From positions 558,001 to 622,000 of the forward strand of contig JBBPEB010000033.1 in NCBI GenBank assembly GCA_039096225.1: 64,000 nucleotides of DNA. Direction: 5' to 3'. This DNA comes from Blastocystis sp. Blastoise (Eukaryota > Protista > Bigyra: Opalinata). The notes under the pieces are model-generated. The model saw nothing but the letters and a program-made list of their open reading frames with translations. It did no database searches and had not been told where the DNA came from. Within the stretch, counting starts at the first letter, position 1. Every line of letters starts with the position of its first letter. Shown piece by piece: positions 18,900 to 37,560 of this stretch. The position numbers were made by a program, and so were the translations under genes.

Positions 18900-19623
18900 T
18901 GGTGTAGTAATTATTCACGAAAGAATATACACTTTTTAAAAATAGAATTCATGTAAGAAACACATCAAATCCCCATGTTAATCAAAACCTGTTCAAAATA
19001 TTATTGTTATTTATTGTTTATTCTTCAAAGTAGTAAGTATTTTTTATATGGATTTTTGTTTATTAATGAGTATTGTTAATATTCTATATATAGAGTTTTA
19101 TGATTAGTTTTCAACATAACATGACTTCATTTCATGCGAATCTTTTAGAGTTTTTATTTATAAATGATTTTCTAATTTGTGTAATAAGTAGAATATTCTT
19201 GTCCTACTGTAGATTAAACCGGATAAAAATATTTGCCTTCAATAGTTTTAAAATATCAGCCATTATTGTACTCTTGTGTATATGCACACACTTTATCTCA
19301 ATTCAATCTATCAATAATCTTTATGTTTTGTGAATACTGATAATATAAAAGAAATAAACATGAAAATGCATATACATATTCTAGAATGTGTTGTAAATAG
19401 AAAATATGAATTCAAAAACAATTCTTTCTAATATTGATAAAGCAAGAAAATGAATCGTTATAATAAAAATAAATTAAGCAACCAGAAAAAAATAAAAATA
19501 TATATTATTGAAAAAGATAGCAAAAGAATAAGAGAGAGATAAAACTAAAGAACTAATATAAGCAGTACGAATGACGTCACATATGACTGGATATAATATA
19601 TATAGCCAATAAAATAATAATCA

Positions 19624-20366
19624 TTACATTAAGGGGCTTGTATCTCGAATAACATCCATTCCTATATATGTATATATTAATTAATACATAAAGAGAAATA
19701 GCATTAAAAAAAATACAATTAAAAAATAAAATAAATATAATATATTATATATAGATATAGTATTATTTTAGAATATACCTTCAGGCAAACAGTCTTTGAC
19801 GCAATCCATTGGTAGATTTCCTCTGCCTTCAATGGCCTCATCCAATCGTTGTTTAAGATCCGAATTATGAAAAAGAGACTCTGATAGAGGAATATCAAAG
19901 GAATATTTTGCACTATATATATATATTATAGGGAGAGAGAAAAGAAAAAGATATATAGATATATAAAATTTTAAATTTTAAAATATGCATATTATTATAA
20001 ATATTGGAAAGGAAATGATTTAAAATTATTATTATAAAGATAATAATTATAATAAGAAGAATAAACATAATAATAAACACAATAAAGAAACCATAGTATA
20101 TATATATTATATATATATATACTCATCTCCTGTTCCTTCTTTAATGGCGCCAAGTCTATATAGCCATTTAATCATCTTTATATTCGTAGGGTGAATAACA
20201 CACGTAAAATGATGAATACCATTCTGTACAGCTATCTATATGTATACATTTATATATATAATAATATATAATATAGAATAACAAAATTGTCTACTAAATA
20301 AAACTACTTAAATTCTTTATTAATATTAGTATCAAAATATCTAGATGCATTTTCTTTTTTAAATAT

Positions 20367-20452
<86 letters not shown>

Positions 20453-21508
20453 GTATAATAAGTATAAGTATATATATATATATATATACCTTAGAAAGAC
20501 AATATAAAAGCATAGCTCCAATTCCCATTCCTTGATATTCATCAATCACGGTTATTGCCCATTCCGCCAGTGTAGGATCCGCATAATCGCGAATATAACG
20601 AGCTACAGCTATACCTAGAGATAAAGAGATATAAATAATATTAAAAAATATAATTATTATTATTTATATTTTCATATATATATATAAACATGTTTTTAAC
20701 GAACTAATAATAATAATATATATAAATATAAACATAGAAAAAAAATCTTATAAATATTTATTATATATATATAAGAAAATAATTTTAAAAATTGAATATT
20801 TATGTATATGAAATTCACTATATATATATATATATATATATATACCAGGATAATCTTTTTCATTTTTTAAGAATCCAATAGCAAAATGATCGACTAGATC
20901 TACATTAATCAAGTAATTTAATTGGGCCTCGGATAAACGGCGAATGGGGGTCATGAAACGCATAAATAACGTATCTACACTTAAAGACTCAACAGCTATA
21001 AGAAATATATAAATTTATATAAAATTAAAATATATATACACTACTATAAATATATATATATATACATAATAACACAAATATATATATATATAAATATATC
21101 AGAAATACAAAGTATAAGAATATAATAATATCTATACTATATACCTTTAATTAGACGTTCCTTATCTGAACTAATAAGTGGTCGAATAACAAAACGATTT
21201 CCATTTTTTAACGTCACTTCAGCTCCATGAGTTAGGACATATCTATACTCAATTTCTTTAATAGAAAGAATAGAGGCAGAAGCAACTTCTCTCAATATTT
21301 GTTTGATATCAATATTATGATTAGTTTCAGAGAGATTCTTTAAGTTCTCTATCATACGATTTAATTGACATTGTGAAATACAAGTATTAGGAAAAGAATC
21401 GATTCCTCTTTCAAACTTTTCTATATACTTTCTCAATCGTTTTGTTTCTTTAACAGATGAAGACTGAGTATTATCTTCTTCTTGACTTATTGAAATACTA
21501 GATTCCAT
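19624..21508 (-). CDS. GNAT-family acetyltransferase, bacterial Pat/Pka GNAT-domain-like (6 exons)
   Basis: VTLKNGNRFVIRPL, LSVDTLFMRF, LINVDLVDHFAI, IAVARY, AEWAITVIDEYQGMGIG (acetyl-CoA motif A), HPTNIKM. Confidence 0.8.
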
Positions 21509-21758
21509 TTGTGTTCACTTGTTTATAATTATTGTTATTACTAATAAAAATATAAATCTATAATCCTTATCATAATTCTGTTATATAAAACATATACATA
21601 AGAATTTATGTACCTTAATAGAGGTGTTCTAGATAAAAATAATCTAAACAGTTTCGTGAAGAAATCGAATTCTCACTAGAAAAACGCAAATAATCAAGGA
21701 GAAAATCGTATCAAAACAGAAATTTTGCTAAATCAAAACTGCTGAGATATCAATCAAG

Positions 21759-24464
<2,706 letters not shown>

Positions 24465-24582
24465 AAACAATGTTATTCTATGTTTTCTTTATACTTTATG
24501 AATATATTATATTAAATTATTTTCTTCTTTTCTTTCAATATAAAACAAATAGTATTGTTTTTCATTTCCAGTTTTGTTATTC

Positions 24583-24728
24583 ATATATATTTATTGTTAT
24601 AAAAACATATATATTTATTGTTATAAAAACATATATATTTATTGTTATAAAAACATATATATTTATTATTATACAAACATATATATTTATTATTATAAAA
24701 ACATATATATTTATTATTATACAAACAT
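24583..24728. repeat. 24-nt tandem repeat x6 between convergent WD40 and HSP90 genes
   Basis: ATATATATTTATT(G/A)TTATA(A/C)AAAC units. Confidence 0.85.
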
Positions 24729-24993
24729 CTATATACTTATATGACTAATTTTATTAATAAAAGTTGAATATAAACTATTTACAATAAAATAAACAAAACA
24801 CATAAATAAAAATGGGGCAACTAAGCGTATTAAACAGTAGAATAACATAACAAACCAAGGAAAAGAGAGAATGAAAAAGTGAATAAAAAAATATATAGAT
24901 AAAAAACGTATATATATTATTTGTAAAATGAAAAAGCTATTATGTATAAATAGCTATAAATATATATTAATAATTGAATACATATCTATATTT

Positions 24994-27120
24994 TTAATCA
25001 ACTTCTTCCATATCACCTTCTTCTTCTTTTTCATTAGCTTCTTCAAGAGGAGGAACTTCTTCTTCGTTAGTTTCAATTTCAGGTTCATCATCAACAGATA
25101 AACCTAATTTAATAAGTTTATGAATTCTATTAGCGAATTCAGAAGGATCTTCAAGAGAGAAACCAGAAGAAAGAAGAGCAGTTTCATATAATAACCATAC
25201 TAAATCCTTAACAGTAGGATCACTCTTATTTTGTTCAACTTTTTCTCTAAGAGATTTAATAATAGAATGAGTAGGATTAATTTCCATAGTTTTCTTAGAA
25301 GACATCATACCAAAAGAATTATTAGCAAGAGCTTGAGCTTTCATGATTCTTTCCATATTAGCAGACCAACCATATTCACCAGTAACTAAACAACAAGGAG
25401 AATCAGCTAATCTGTTAGAAACAGTGACTTTCTCAATCTTATCACCAAGTAATTCTTTAATAGTATCACAAAGAGTAGTACAAGCTTTCTTTTCTTCTTC
25501 AAAAGATTTCTTTTCATCTTCAGTTTCTTCTAAATCGAGATTTTCCTTAGTAGCACAAATAAGATTCTTTTCATTATAAGTCTTAAGAGTAGTAATACAA
25601 TATTCATCAATAGGATCAACAAGATAAAGAACTTCATAACCTCTCTTCTTTAATTGTTCAAGGAAAGGAGAATTCTTAACAGCTTCAAGAGATTCACCAG
25701 TTACATAATAAATACCTTTTTGGCCTTCTTTCATTCTTTCAATATATTCATCAAAACTAACAAATTCATCACCACTCTTAGAAGATTGATAACGAAGTAA
25801 TTTAGCAAGACGTTCACGATTAGCAGAATCTTCATGAACACCAAATTTAAGATTCTTAGCAAATTGTTCATAGAATTTCATATACTTTTCTTTATCTTCA
25901 GCAAGATTTTCAAACATACCAATACACTTCTTAACAATATTCTTTTGAATAACATTAAGAATCTTATTTTGTTGAAGAACTTCTCTAGAAATATTAAGAG
26001 GAAGATCATCAGAATCAACTACACCACGAATAAAGGAAAGATATTCAGGAATTAATTCTTCACAATCATCCATAATAAATACACGTCTAACGTATAATTT
26101 AATGTTATTACGCTTCTTCTTAGATTCAAACATATCAAAAGGAGCTCTCTTAGGAACATAAAGAAGAGCACGGAATTCAAGTTGACCTTCAACAGCAAAA
26201 TGTTCATGAGCTAAAGCATCATCCCAATCATTAGAAATATTCTTATAAAAAGCATTATATTCTTCTTCAGTAACTTCATCCTTAGGTCTCATCCAAATAG
26301 GTTTTTGTTTATTTAATTCTTCCCATTCATGAGTAACCTTCTTCACTTTCTTTGTTTTCTTTTCATCTTCTTTTTCATCTTTCTTTTCTTCTTCATCATC
26401 CTTAACTTCTTCCATCTTAGGTTCTTCTTCTTCTTCATCTTCTTTCTTATCTTCTTCTTCTTCTTCTACAGGAACTTCTTCTTCAACAGTCTTTTCTACC
26501 CAAAGTTTAATAGGGAAAGCAATAAATTCAGAATGTTTCTTAACTAATTCACGAATAGTCTTTTCTTCTAACATTTCTTCTTGATCAGGTTTTATATTAA
26601 GAATAATCTTAGTACCACGACCAAGAGGTTCATCTTCACTAGGACGAATAGTAAAAGAACCACCAGCAGCAGATTCCCAAACATATTGATCATCATCGTT
26701 ACTCTTAGAAATAACAGTAACTTTATCAGCAACAAGATAAGCAGAATAGAAACCAACACCAAATTGACCAATCATAGAGACATCAGTAGTACCAGCTTGA
26801 AGAGCTTCCATAAAAGCTTTAGTACCAGAACGAGCAATTGTACCAAGGTTATTAATTAAATCAGCCTTAGTCATACCAATACCAGTATCACGAATAGTAA
26901 GAGTCTTATTTGTCTTATCAGCAATGATCTCAATCATTAATTCCTTACAAGAATCAAGCTTAGTAGGATCAGTAAGAGATTCATATCTAATCTTATCAAG
27001 AGCATCAGAAGCATTTGAAATTAATTCACGAAGGAATACTTCCTTATTCTTGTAAAATGTATTAATAATTAAACTCATTAATTGAGTAATATCAGCACTA
27101 AAAGCAAAAGTTTCAGCCAT
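24994..27120 (-). CDS. HSP90: Cytosolic HSP90, intronless
   Basis: 708-aa ORF with [50 protein letters not shown] and terminal MEEVD. Confidence 0.99.
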   Translation of the reverse strand: MAETFAFSADITQLMSLIINTFYKNKEVFLRELISNASDALDKIRYESLTDPTKLDSCKELMIEIIADKTNKTLTIRDTGIGMTKADLINNLGTIARSGTKAFMEALQAGTTDVSMIGQFGVGFYSAYLVADKVTVISKSNDDDQYVWESAAGGSFTIRPSEDEPLGRGTKIILNIKPDQEEMLEEKTIRELVKKHSEFIAFPIKLWVEKTVEEEVPVEEEEEDKKEDEEEEEPKMEEVKDDEEEKKDEKEDEKKTKKVKKVTHEWEELNKQKPIWMRPKDEVTEEEYNAFYKNISNDWDDALAHEHFAVEGQLEFRALLYVPKRAPFDMFESKKKRNNIKLYVRRVFIMDDCEELIPEYLSFIRGVVDSDDLPLNISREVLQQNKILNVIQKNIVKKCIGMFENLAEDKEKYMKFYEQFAKNLKFGVHEDSANRERLAKLLRYQSSKSGDEFVSFDEYIERMKEGQKGIYYVTGESLEAVKNSPFLEQLKKRGYEVLYLVDPIDEYCITTLKTYNEKNLICATKENLDLEETEDEKKSFEEEKKACTTLCDTIKELLGDKIEKVTVSNRLADSPCCLVTGEYGWSANMERIMKAQALANNSFGMMSSKKTMEINPTHSIIKSLREKVEQNKSDPTVKDLVWLLYETALLSSGFSLEDPSEFANRIHKLIKLGLSVDDEPEIETNEEEVPPLEEANEKEEEGDMEEVD

Positions 27121-27224
27121 TTTTGTATAATCACAGATATTTAATGTATATATATAATTAGAATACTAATTCAAATAATAAATTATTTATGATAAATATA
27201 TAAAACAAAACTTTTCAAAACTTG

Positions 27225-27251
27225 GAAGCACATTCATTTCTAGAAATGGAA
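27225..27251. promoter_or_regulatory. Putative heat-shock element upstream of HSP90
   Basis: GAAgcacaTTCatTTCtaGAAatgGAA: a TTCnnGAA core with flanking units, ~105-130 nt upstream of the HSP90 ATG. TATATA lies between it and the start. Confidence 0.45.
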
Positions 27252-28364
27252 ATCTTACGAGTTCCTTTTTTCTTTTGTTCTTATAGAATTTTCCATTTTT
27301 TTCCATATCATTTTTGACTTCCGTTTTACTTGTTTGAGTTTTTCGAGTTTTTAAAAAGCCTATATAATAGACTATTTATTCACTTGAAATGTAGTAAACA
27401 TTTAAGAGGGATTTTTGTAGGAATCTGGCTCATTTGTGGTGACGGTATGAAATTATACTACTAAATGCATTTGATATCATTTCTTGAATATATAAAATTA
27501 TTTTCACACAATTTATGAGACTTATTTATGATTGATGAGTTTTTTTATTTATCTATATATTGATACAAGTGTTCTCAACAGTTGTTCTGAACTTTAATTC
27601 ATATGCAGAACATGTAAATGTAATAAATGAAACATTAGTTCAGATTATTTAGAATAATAATGACTATTCGTATAGATATATCTTGAGAAATCTATGATTT
27701 TTCAAACACATAATTATTTATATATATCTGTTGTCTCAAATATGCATTTATAAAAACAAAAAAATGAAAACAACAATTGAAATGTGCAACGAATAAATGC
27801 ATTTCTTGTTCTTTTGTAACCTTATATCTTAACTGAAAAGAATAAGTAATAAATAAAGTAATAAAAACAATTCAAATGTTTTTTATTTTTATACAAGGAA
27901 AATGTTAAAAATCCTATATGAATTTAAAAATTAATAGATAAATTTTTAAAGTAGACTTTTATAAATATTTATAAATATACTGTTGTAATACTACAACGAT
28001 ATAATAGCTAGATTTGAGTTTCTTAAAGAATCATATAAGAAAAAACAAAGGAATAGAGTTGATTATTAAATTTCTTATTTAATTAAAACAATATCCATAA
28101 TATATAATATTCTAACCGTGTTCAAAAAGCGAATATACATGTTTTTGCGTGGTTTCTATTACTATTTGTTATGTAACCAATTTTGTTTTTATAAGATATT
28201 AAAAAAAAATAGACTAGCCTCTCTATTTTGTGTTAATGTATTTATTTCAATGAAATTATAAGCAATACAAAATGTTTTGAATTAGAATACAATTATAATA
28301 ATAAAATATTCTTATTTATAAAACTGCTGATTCTTATGCATATTTAAGAGAAAATATTTCAGTT

Positions 28365-28436
28365 GGCACTATGGTGTAATGGTTAGCACGTTGGACTTTG
28401 AATCCAGCGATCCGAGTTCAAATCTCGGTAGAGCCT
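28365..28436 (+). tRNA. tRNA-Gln(TTG)
   Basis: Cloverleaf: A-box TGGTGTAATGG, anticodon arm TTGGA-CT TTG AA-TCCAG, T arm CCGAG-TTCAAAT-CTCGG, acceptor GGCACTA/TAGAGCC, followed by a T-run terminator. Confidence 0.95.
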
Positions 28437-28767
28437 CATTTTTCTTGGTTTGGAATAATATCCAAAATTGTTTATGGGAGTAAAAAATATTAATTTTTTT
28501 AGGTGAATATACGATTTTAAATAATATATAATATATAAAACCAAACGATAATTTAGTTAATTAAGAAAATGAAAAAGAATATTTGAAAAGACATAACATA
28601 TAACATAAAGAAAACCGAAAAGAAGGAAGATAGAGAAAATAAACATATCAAAGAAAAAAAGAAAAGCGAAAAAATTATACTAAATAACTGAAAAACATGA
28701 TAAATAAATGCAAATAACTTTTAAAAGTGACTAAAAAAAGATAGATATGAATAAAAAAGAAATACTT

Positions 28768-30840
<2,073 letters not shown>

Positions 30841-31394
30841 TTGTATGACAACAATATATTAGAATTTGAGCTTTGTTTGAATGTTTTTAAGTGAATAAAA
30901 GAGATAGTCCATCAAATAAAGACACTTTACTTCTGTTTTTGAAAAATATAAAAATATCATTCGAGAAATACGTCATCCTTATACGTTTTTATCAAAAATA
31001 ATCCAGTTAAAATTCAGATATAATCCAGATTATTTATTGTGTTCTTTACTTCCAGTCTTGAGCGACTGTTTTTGTTTTTCTTGTCAAGAATTCCAGTTAT
31101 TTATGTAGGATGTTGATTTATTTATGTTTTGCTCATTTTATGTTTTATGGACTGATTCTAGTTCTTAAAGAATAAAATAGAATTCTTTTGTTTAACAAAA
31201 AATATGCATTCAGTTATATAAATAAAAATACAAACGCATTAGTGAATTAAAAATACATACAATGTTTTATTATATTAAAAATACATAAATATATCAGATG
31301 ACCCAGTTGATAGTAAACTTTTGTGTAAAATAGTAAAAAAAAAAATAATATACAAAAAAAAAATAAAGAAGAAATGGACTCAATTGAAAACAAA

Positions 31395-31625
31395 TTATGC
31401 ATACATATCTTTTGTTTGGTGATTAAGTAAGCATTCATTATATTTTTCAAAGAATTGTTTGCAAGCATCAGGATTTCTAGGATTCTATATAAATAATAAT
31501 ATATAAAATGAATAATGAATATATATATAAATAGATACAGCCATAAGACATTTCTTAAGTATATATTGATCTAAACCACAAGGACCTTCAGTTGGCTAGA
31601 TATATACAATGATAGATTAACAGTG

Positions 31626-31659
<34 letters not shown>

Positions 31660-32498
31660 CATAAACATAAACATAAACATAAACATAAACATAATAATAT
31701 TTCAGATAATCCTAATATATGGTTGATCGATATCATTACGAGGAGGTAGAACACCTGATGAATAAGGACTGTTTGATTGATATTCTGCTTGAGGATAACT
31801 TTCGGAATAACCAGGATTATAAGGAGGAGGAATAGGATTGGATTGAGCAGGAGTAGTAGAAGCAGTAGTAGCAGGTTGAGGAGCTACAGGAGCAGCATCC
31901 GATGTAGTTTGTTTTTCTTTATTATCATCTTTATTACCACTAAAACTATTTACAACGCCATGAACAGCTTCATAGAATGTAAATAGAACATTAGGTAACT
32001 TTAATAGAAAAATAATACTTTAATATCATAATAAAATAGTATAGAATATAGAGAAACAAGATATTATTTATATATAATAACAGAATAATCAATATACTCA
32101 TGAGCTACAGCAGAACCAGTACCAAAAGCTAAACCTTGAGCAATAGAAGAAAGGAAACCAGGTCCTTTGACGTGAATTTCATGTTGAGCTGGAATTTGAG
32201 GAGCAGGAGCAGGATGAACGGGAGATGGTTGTGTAGGAGGAACAGAAGATGTATGCTGTTTTGTAGTATTCTGAGGTTTAGGATGTTGAGCAGATGAAGA
32301 TGCACTGCTTCTTGGCTTAGGAGCACTTTGACGACTAGAATAACTACGAGTCTGTGGTCTTGCACTATATGAAGAATGAGAAGAGCCTGAACTACCTATT
32401 CATCTTTAAATAAATAAAACCAATGTGAAAATACGAGAATTTCTATATAGATGAAATTGTGAGCATAAGAATTATAACTTAAGTATATACCTTGGCAT
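31395..32498 (-). CDS. CHCHD2/CHCHD10 (Mix17)-family twin CX9C protein (6 exons)
   Basis: MPRNSRS N-terminus, PGFLSSIAQGLAFGTGSAVAHEAV helix, C-GLDQYILKK-C and C-KQFFEKYNE-C. Needs an 8-nt micro-exon and two non-canonical introns. Confidence 0.85.
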
Positions 32499-33036
32499 TT
32501 GAAATCTTGAAAATATGCAGTAAACTAACGTAAAAAAAGAATAAGTGAGGTGTTTGTTTATGAAGTTTTTTAGAAGAATAGAATTTTCGAAATTCGTTTT
32601 TCACTTCTTTCGTTCTACACTGTCTCTCGATCATTTTTAAAATTTAAATAAGTCAAAGATAATGGTACTTATAAGTGATAGTCTTATATTACTCGACAAT
32701 ATGAAAACTTAGAGTTTTCTGATGCATTGATTTGCCATTTATATTTTTTGTGAATCAATACATGCATTATTGATATAAAGAACACCCATAATACATAATT
32801 TGATACCTAAGGTGCTTATCATAAATATGTTTTTAAATATTTCTTCAATAAAATGAAGATTGAAACGAAGTATTAGATTCTATTTCGTGCTAATTATATC
32901 ACTCATCTTAGATTATAAAATAAGAAGGGTTTGAACACTTTGTAAAACAAAACATTGAAAGATGCGAAAAAATACAGTTATAGATTTATATTAAAAAGAT
33001 AGATTGAATAAAACTAAGAAATATAAACGAATTCTT

Positions 33037-33295
33037 TTATTCATCTAATTCTCTGCCTTCATATAAACTGGAGCCAACAGATCCATTGCAATAATATTGA
33101 GTTCCATTAGTCCAATGTAATTGCTCTAATTCCCATCTTCTTAAAGATACTCCACGAATATAAGAAGTCCAATTACCTGTTTCTTCATCGATTTCTATCA
33201 TTCGTATACCACGATCAATCCTAAAATAGCATATATTATTATTATAAATAGTAAAATAAGAATTAAAATGATTAATATGAATAATCTATTATTTG

Positions 33296-33346
<51 letters not shown>

Positions 33347-35081
33347 AGTCATCTAGTTTATAACCACCATAGCCACTAACTCTACCATAACAGAGATGAA
33401 GACCATAATAATTACCATCATAAGTATTACGATGATCATGACCCATAAACATACCTGATACATCTCCTCTATATATATATATATATATAATAATTCTATT
33501 AAATAATGACGAATATCATAATATTAAATATATATTATTATTTTAATATATATAATAATTCTATTAAATAATGACGAATATCATAATATTAAATATATAT
33601 TATTATTTTAATATATATAATAATTCTATTAAATAATGACGAATATCATAATACTATATATTATTATTTTAATATATATAATAATTCTATTAAATAATGA
33701 CGAATATCATAATATTATATATATATATAATAATTCTATTAGATAATGACGAATATCATAATATTATATATATAAATAATAATTCTAATAAATAATGACG
33801 AATATCATAATATTATATATATATACCTCATAATCATTCTTGATACAAGTCCAGTATTTACAGAAGAACAACCGGAAAGATCATGCTTTTCTCCCTTAGT
33901 ACTAAACGATTCTCCCTATATATATATATAAACATATATATTAAAAAAAGAAAAAAAGTATATTTATAAAATAATATACTCTATATAGAAAGGTATGATA
34001 ATAATTCTATATATATATACAAAATTCCAAGCATTTAATATTTCGGGAGGTGGTATATGTAAAAATGATAATCCAGGAAGTTTTTTACCTTCTTTCTTTT
34101 CAACTTGTTGAGATTTCTGATAATACCATTCAACTGTATATAAAAATATATAATTTTTAAAATATAAAAATTAATACACTTTAAATAATAACATTTTTTT
34201 TAAGAAAAAAATCTAATTAATGAATAAGAATAAAATATAAATAATAATACTGTTAATACACTTTGAATAATAATAATATATGTATATAGATATACCGGTT
34301 TCAGGAGCAACACATCCCCAGCCTTTAACACCGCCACAATCTTTATTCTGAGAATCAAAAAACCATAAATTAAGGGCATTTGAATCATTATTTGATGCTT
34401 TTATTTGTAATAAATACTATAGAAGAAATATATATATATATATATTATATATAAAAGAATACTGTTCATTATAATAAATAGAATATAATAGTAAATATAC
34501 ATTAGAACCACCAGGTAATTCTTCAGGACCAACTTGTGAAACACTATTAGGATTTGTAATATCTAATTTCATCACTTCTTGACGTGTTAAATCTGCTTCA
34601 CCATCATGATTACCAAGAGCAAAAGCATAAGGAATATTTCTCTTTACTAAAGGCTCAGTAGCCATTTCCCAATAATGTTTATACCATCCTTGAGTCTTAT
34701 TCCACTTATATCCTATCATTATATATAAATAGTAACACAAAATAGATTAGTATTAATACAAAATATATTCATATTAAACAAAATATTTATACTATTACAA
34801 AATATATTATATTAACACAAAAATATATTATATTAACACAGAATATATTATATTAACACAAAATAACAAATACCAGAGACTAAATCACCTGTGATGGCTA
34901 CCATATCAGGTTGTTCATAATCAAGAAGCTTTCTTAAAAGAGCAAGGTTTTGAACATCCTTTTCATCTGCATCTGCAAAATGAACATCAGTCACTTGCAT
35001 GATTCTAAACTTCCCATTTTTGAAATGTAACTCTTTGCCAAAAACAAGAGCAATGAATAAAACAAACACAAGAAATCTCAT
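33037..35081 (-). CDS. Secreted metallophosphoesterase (Dcr2/PAP29-like), paralog 1 (7 exons)
   Basis: Signal peptide, FRIMQVTDVH, ITGDLVSG, GNHDGE, FLHIP, GHDHRN, YGRVSGYGGY. Confidence 0.88.
33485..33825. repeat. Intronic minisatellite, 49-65 nt unit x6
   Basis: ATAATTCTATTAAATAATGACGAATATCATAATA recurs six times. Confidence 0.88.
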
Positions 35082-35741
35082 ATTTATATATATATTTATT
35101 GTTTTTATATAATAAAAAGAACTTGAATTATTTGATAACAAAAAAGAAAAATGAAGATTCATGTTGAATCGTTGAGGATTGAGATTCGAGGAAATTATTT
35201 GTATTTCGATCTTTCAAGAGTTTCTATGATTGAGATTTTTTGCTTTTTCTTTATAAGTTTATTAAATATTTACATATATTCTTATTTTGAATGCCTAACG
35301 AGTATCTGTAATAATAAAATGATATAGTTTTATGAAAGTTAAGAACACATCTTATCTCAATGATATCAGTTTTAATGTCTAAACATGACTGCATAGAATC
35401 CAATAAGTGACATATATTATTTATATAACCAATTCCTATAAAATAAAGTCCGCAACAAAATAATTGTGCTGTTTTTAAAAATAAAAACATCTGATAATGA
35501 ATATAAACGATCTATTTAAATGAAGAGAATACAAATATAATAAAAAGAAAAGAGTTTCATAATAATATGTCATATGAATGCAAAAAATATATTAAAATAT
35601 TTTTTTAAATAATATCTATGGTTGATGCATACCTAATTAAAGCATATTTATCGCTAGATAAAATTTATATTATTCACAATACATAAAAAACACAAACACA
35701 AATTTTTTATTTTCTTGTTTATTTTTGTTGATTTGATACGA

Positions 35742-36988
35742 ATGAAGTGGTTTATAGTTTTGATTTTGCTTTATACTGTTTTTGCAAAGGATTTCCATTT
35801 CCATGATGGAAAATTTAGAATTATGCAAGTAACTGATACTCACTATGGTGATTATGATACGGAAGATGATAGTACAACTAAACTTGTAGAGGATCTACTT
35901 GAATTAGAGAAACCAGATCTTGTTGTTATTACTGGAGATCTTGTTTCAGGTTATAAATATAATGGAACTCAAGGATGGTACAAGCATTACTGGGAAAAAG
36001 CAACTAAGTCTTATATCAAGTATGGAATTCCTTATGCACTCGTTTTAGGTAATCACGATAGTGAGGGTGATTTAGATAGAAAACAAGTGATGAAATTAGA
36101 TATAACAAATCCAATGAGTGTATCACAAGTTAGTCCTGAAGAATTACCTGGTGGTTCTAATTATTATTTCCCTTTATATGGTTCAAATAATTCAACAAAA
36201 GTTGAAGTTATGTTATGGTTTTTTGATTCGATGTATAAATATTGTGGAGGAATTGAAGGATATGGTTGTGTAGAAACTGAAACAGTGAATTGGTATTATT
36301 CGAAAAGTAAACAAATTGAAAAAGAACTTGGTAAAAAGGGTGCCCTCGCTTTTATGCATATACCGCCACAAGAAATGATGACTGCATGGAATGAAGTAAG
36401 AATATTCTTACTATTAATAGTGTATTATTATTATAAATATAACCATTTAATATTATTATTATATAAATAACTTTTTAAAATATTATTATAATAGTTTTGT
36501 TTTTCTTATAAATATAACTATTTATTATTTATAAATATAACTTTTTAAATAATATTAGTATTTTAAGTATAATTATTTAGTATTTTTATTATATATACGT
36601 GTTACTATAGTTATAATTATTAATTACAAATATATATAATTAATAATTTATATACATATATATAATTATTCATTTTAACAATATCCATCTGTTGGCGAGA
36701 AACACGAAGTCAATTCTTGTTCTGCTGCTAACAGTGGCCTTGTCACTGCTATGCTAAATAGGTATATATTATAATAATTATAATGATATAAAGTATAATA
36801 GAGTTATATGTATTATATAAATGACAATCTATTGAGTATTATTGTCTTCTTGATAGAATAATAATAACAATAATAATTATATATAGAAAAGATATTTCTG
36901 GTGTTTTCTTTGGTCATGATCATCGTAATAATTATGATATTAATATTAATGGTATATATTTATATATATTTAATTATTTTAGACACAA

Positions 36989-37087
<99 letters not shown>

Positions 37088-37560
37088 TCATATATATAGG
37101 TCTTCATTTAGTTTATGGTTTGAAAACTGGATTTGGTGCTTATGATCCTCTTCCATGGTATATATAACATTATATATAAACATCAATAGATATTAACATT
37201 AAATATAGTCTATTCTATGATCAATAGAATTATATATTATTATCATTATATAAATCTAAAAAAAATCATTATCTATGATAAATATAATTATATAAAGTAA
37301 TTATCATTATATAAATTTAAAAGCCCACATATTTTATGATCAATATAATTATATATTATTATCATTATATAAATCTAAAAAAAAACATATTCTATCATCA
37401 ATGTAATTATATATATAGGAAGGAGCGTGGTGTACGTATGATAGAATTACAGGAAGGAGTGTCTACATATACTTCTTATTTACGTACATTATCTCATAAG
37501 ATTATTATTCAAGAAAATATGCACTGGACAAATGGAACACAATATCATTGTAATATGTAG
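35742..37560 (+). CDS. Secreted metallophosphoesterase (Dcr2/PAP29-like), paralog 2 (5 exons)
   Basis: Signal peptide, FRIMQVTDTH, ITGDLVSG, GNHDSE, FMHIP, GHDHRN, RGVRMIEL. Confidence 0.88.

Noticed and set aside
25343-26859. Plus-strand ORFs opposite HSP90 (also 9623-9874, 18577-18795, 59535-59789)
   Set aside because: Antisense shadows of biased codon usage in real genes.
33485-33825. Spaced repeats resembling a CRISPR array or MITE
   Set aside because: The spacers are TA-slippage variants of the same unit inside a spliceosomal intron; there are no unique spacers, cas genes or distinct TIR/TSD.
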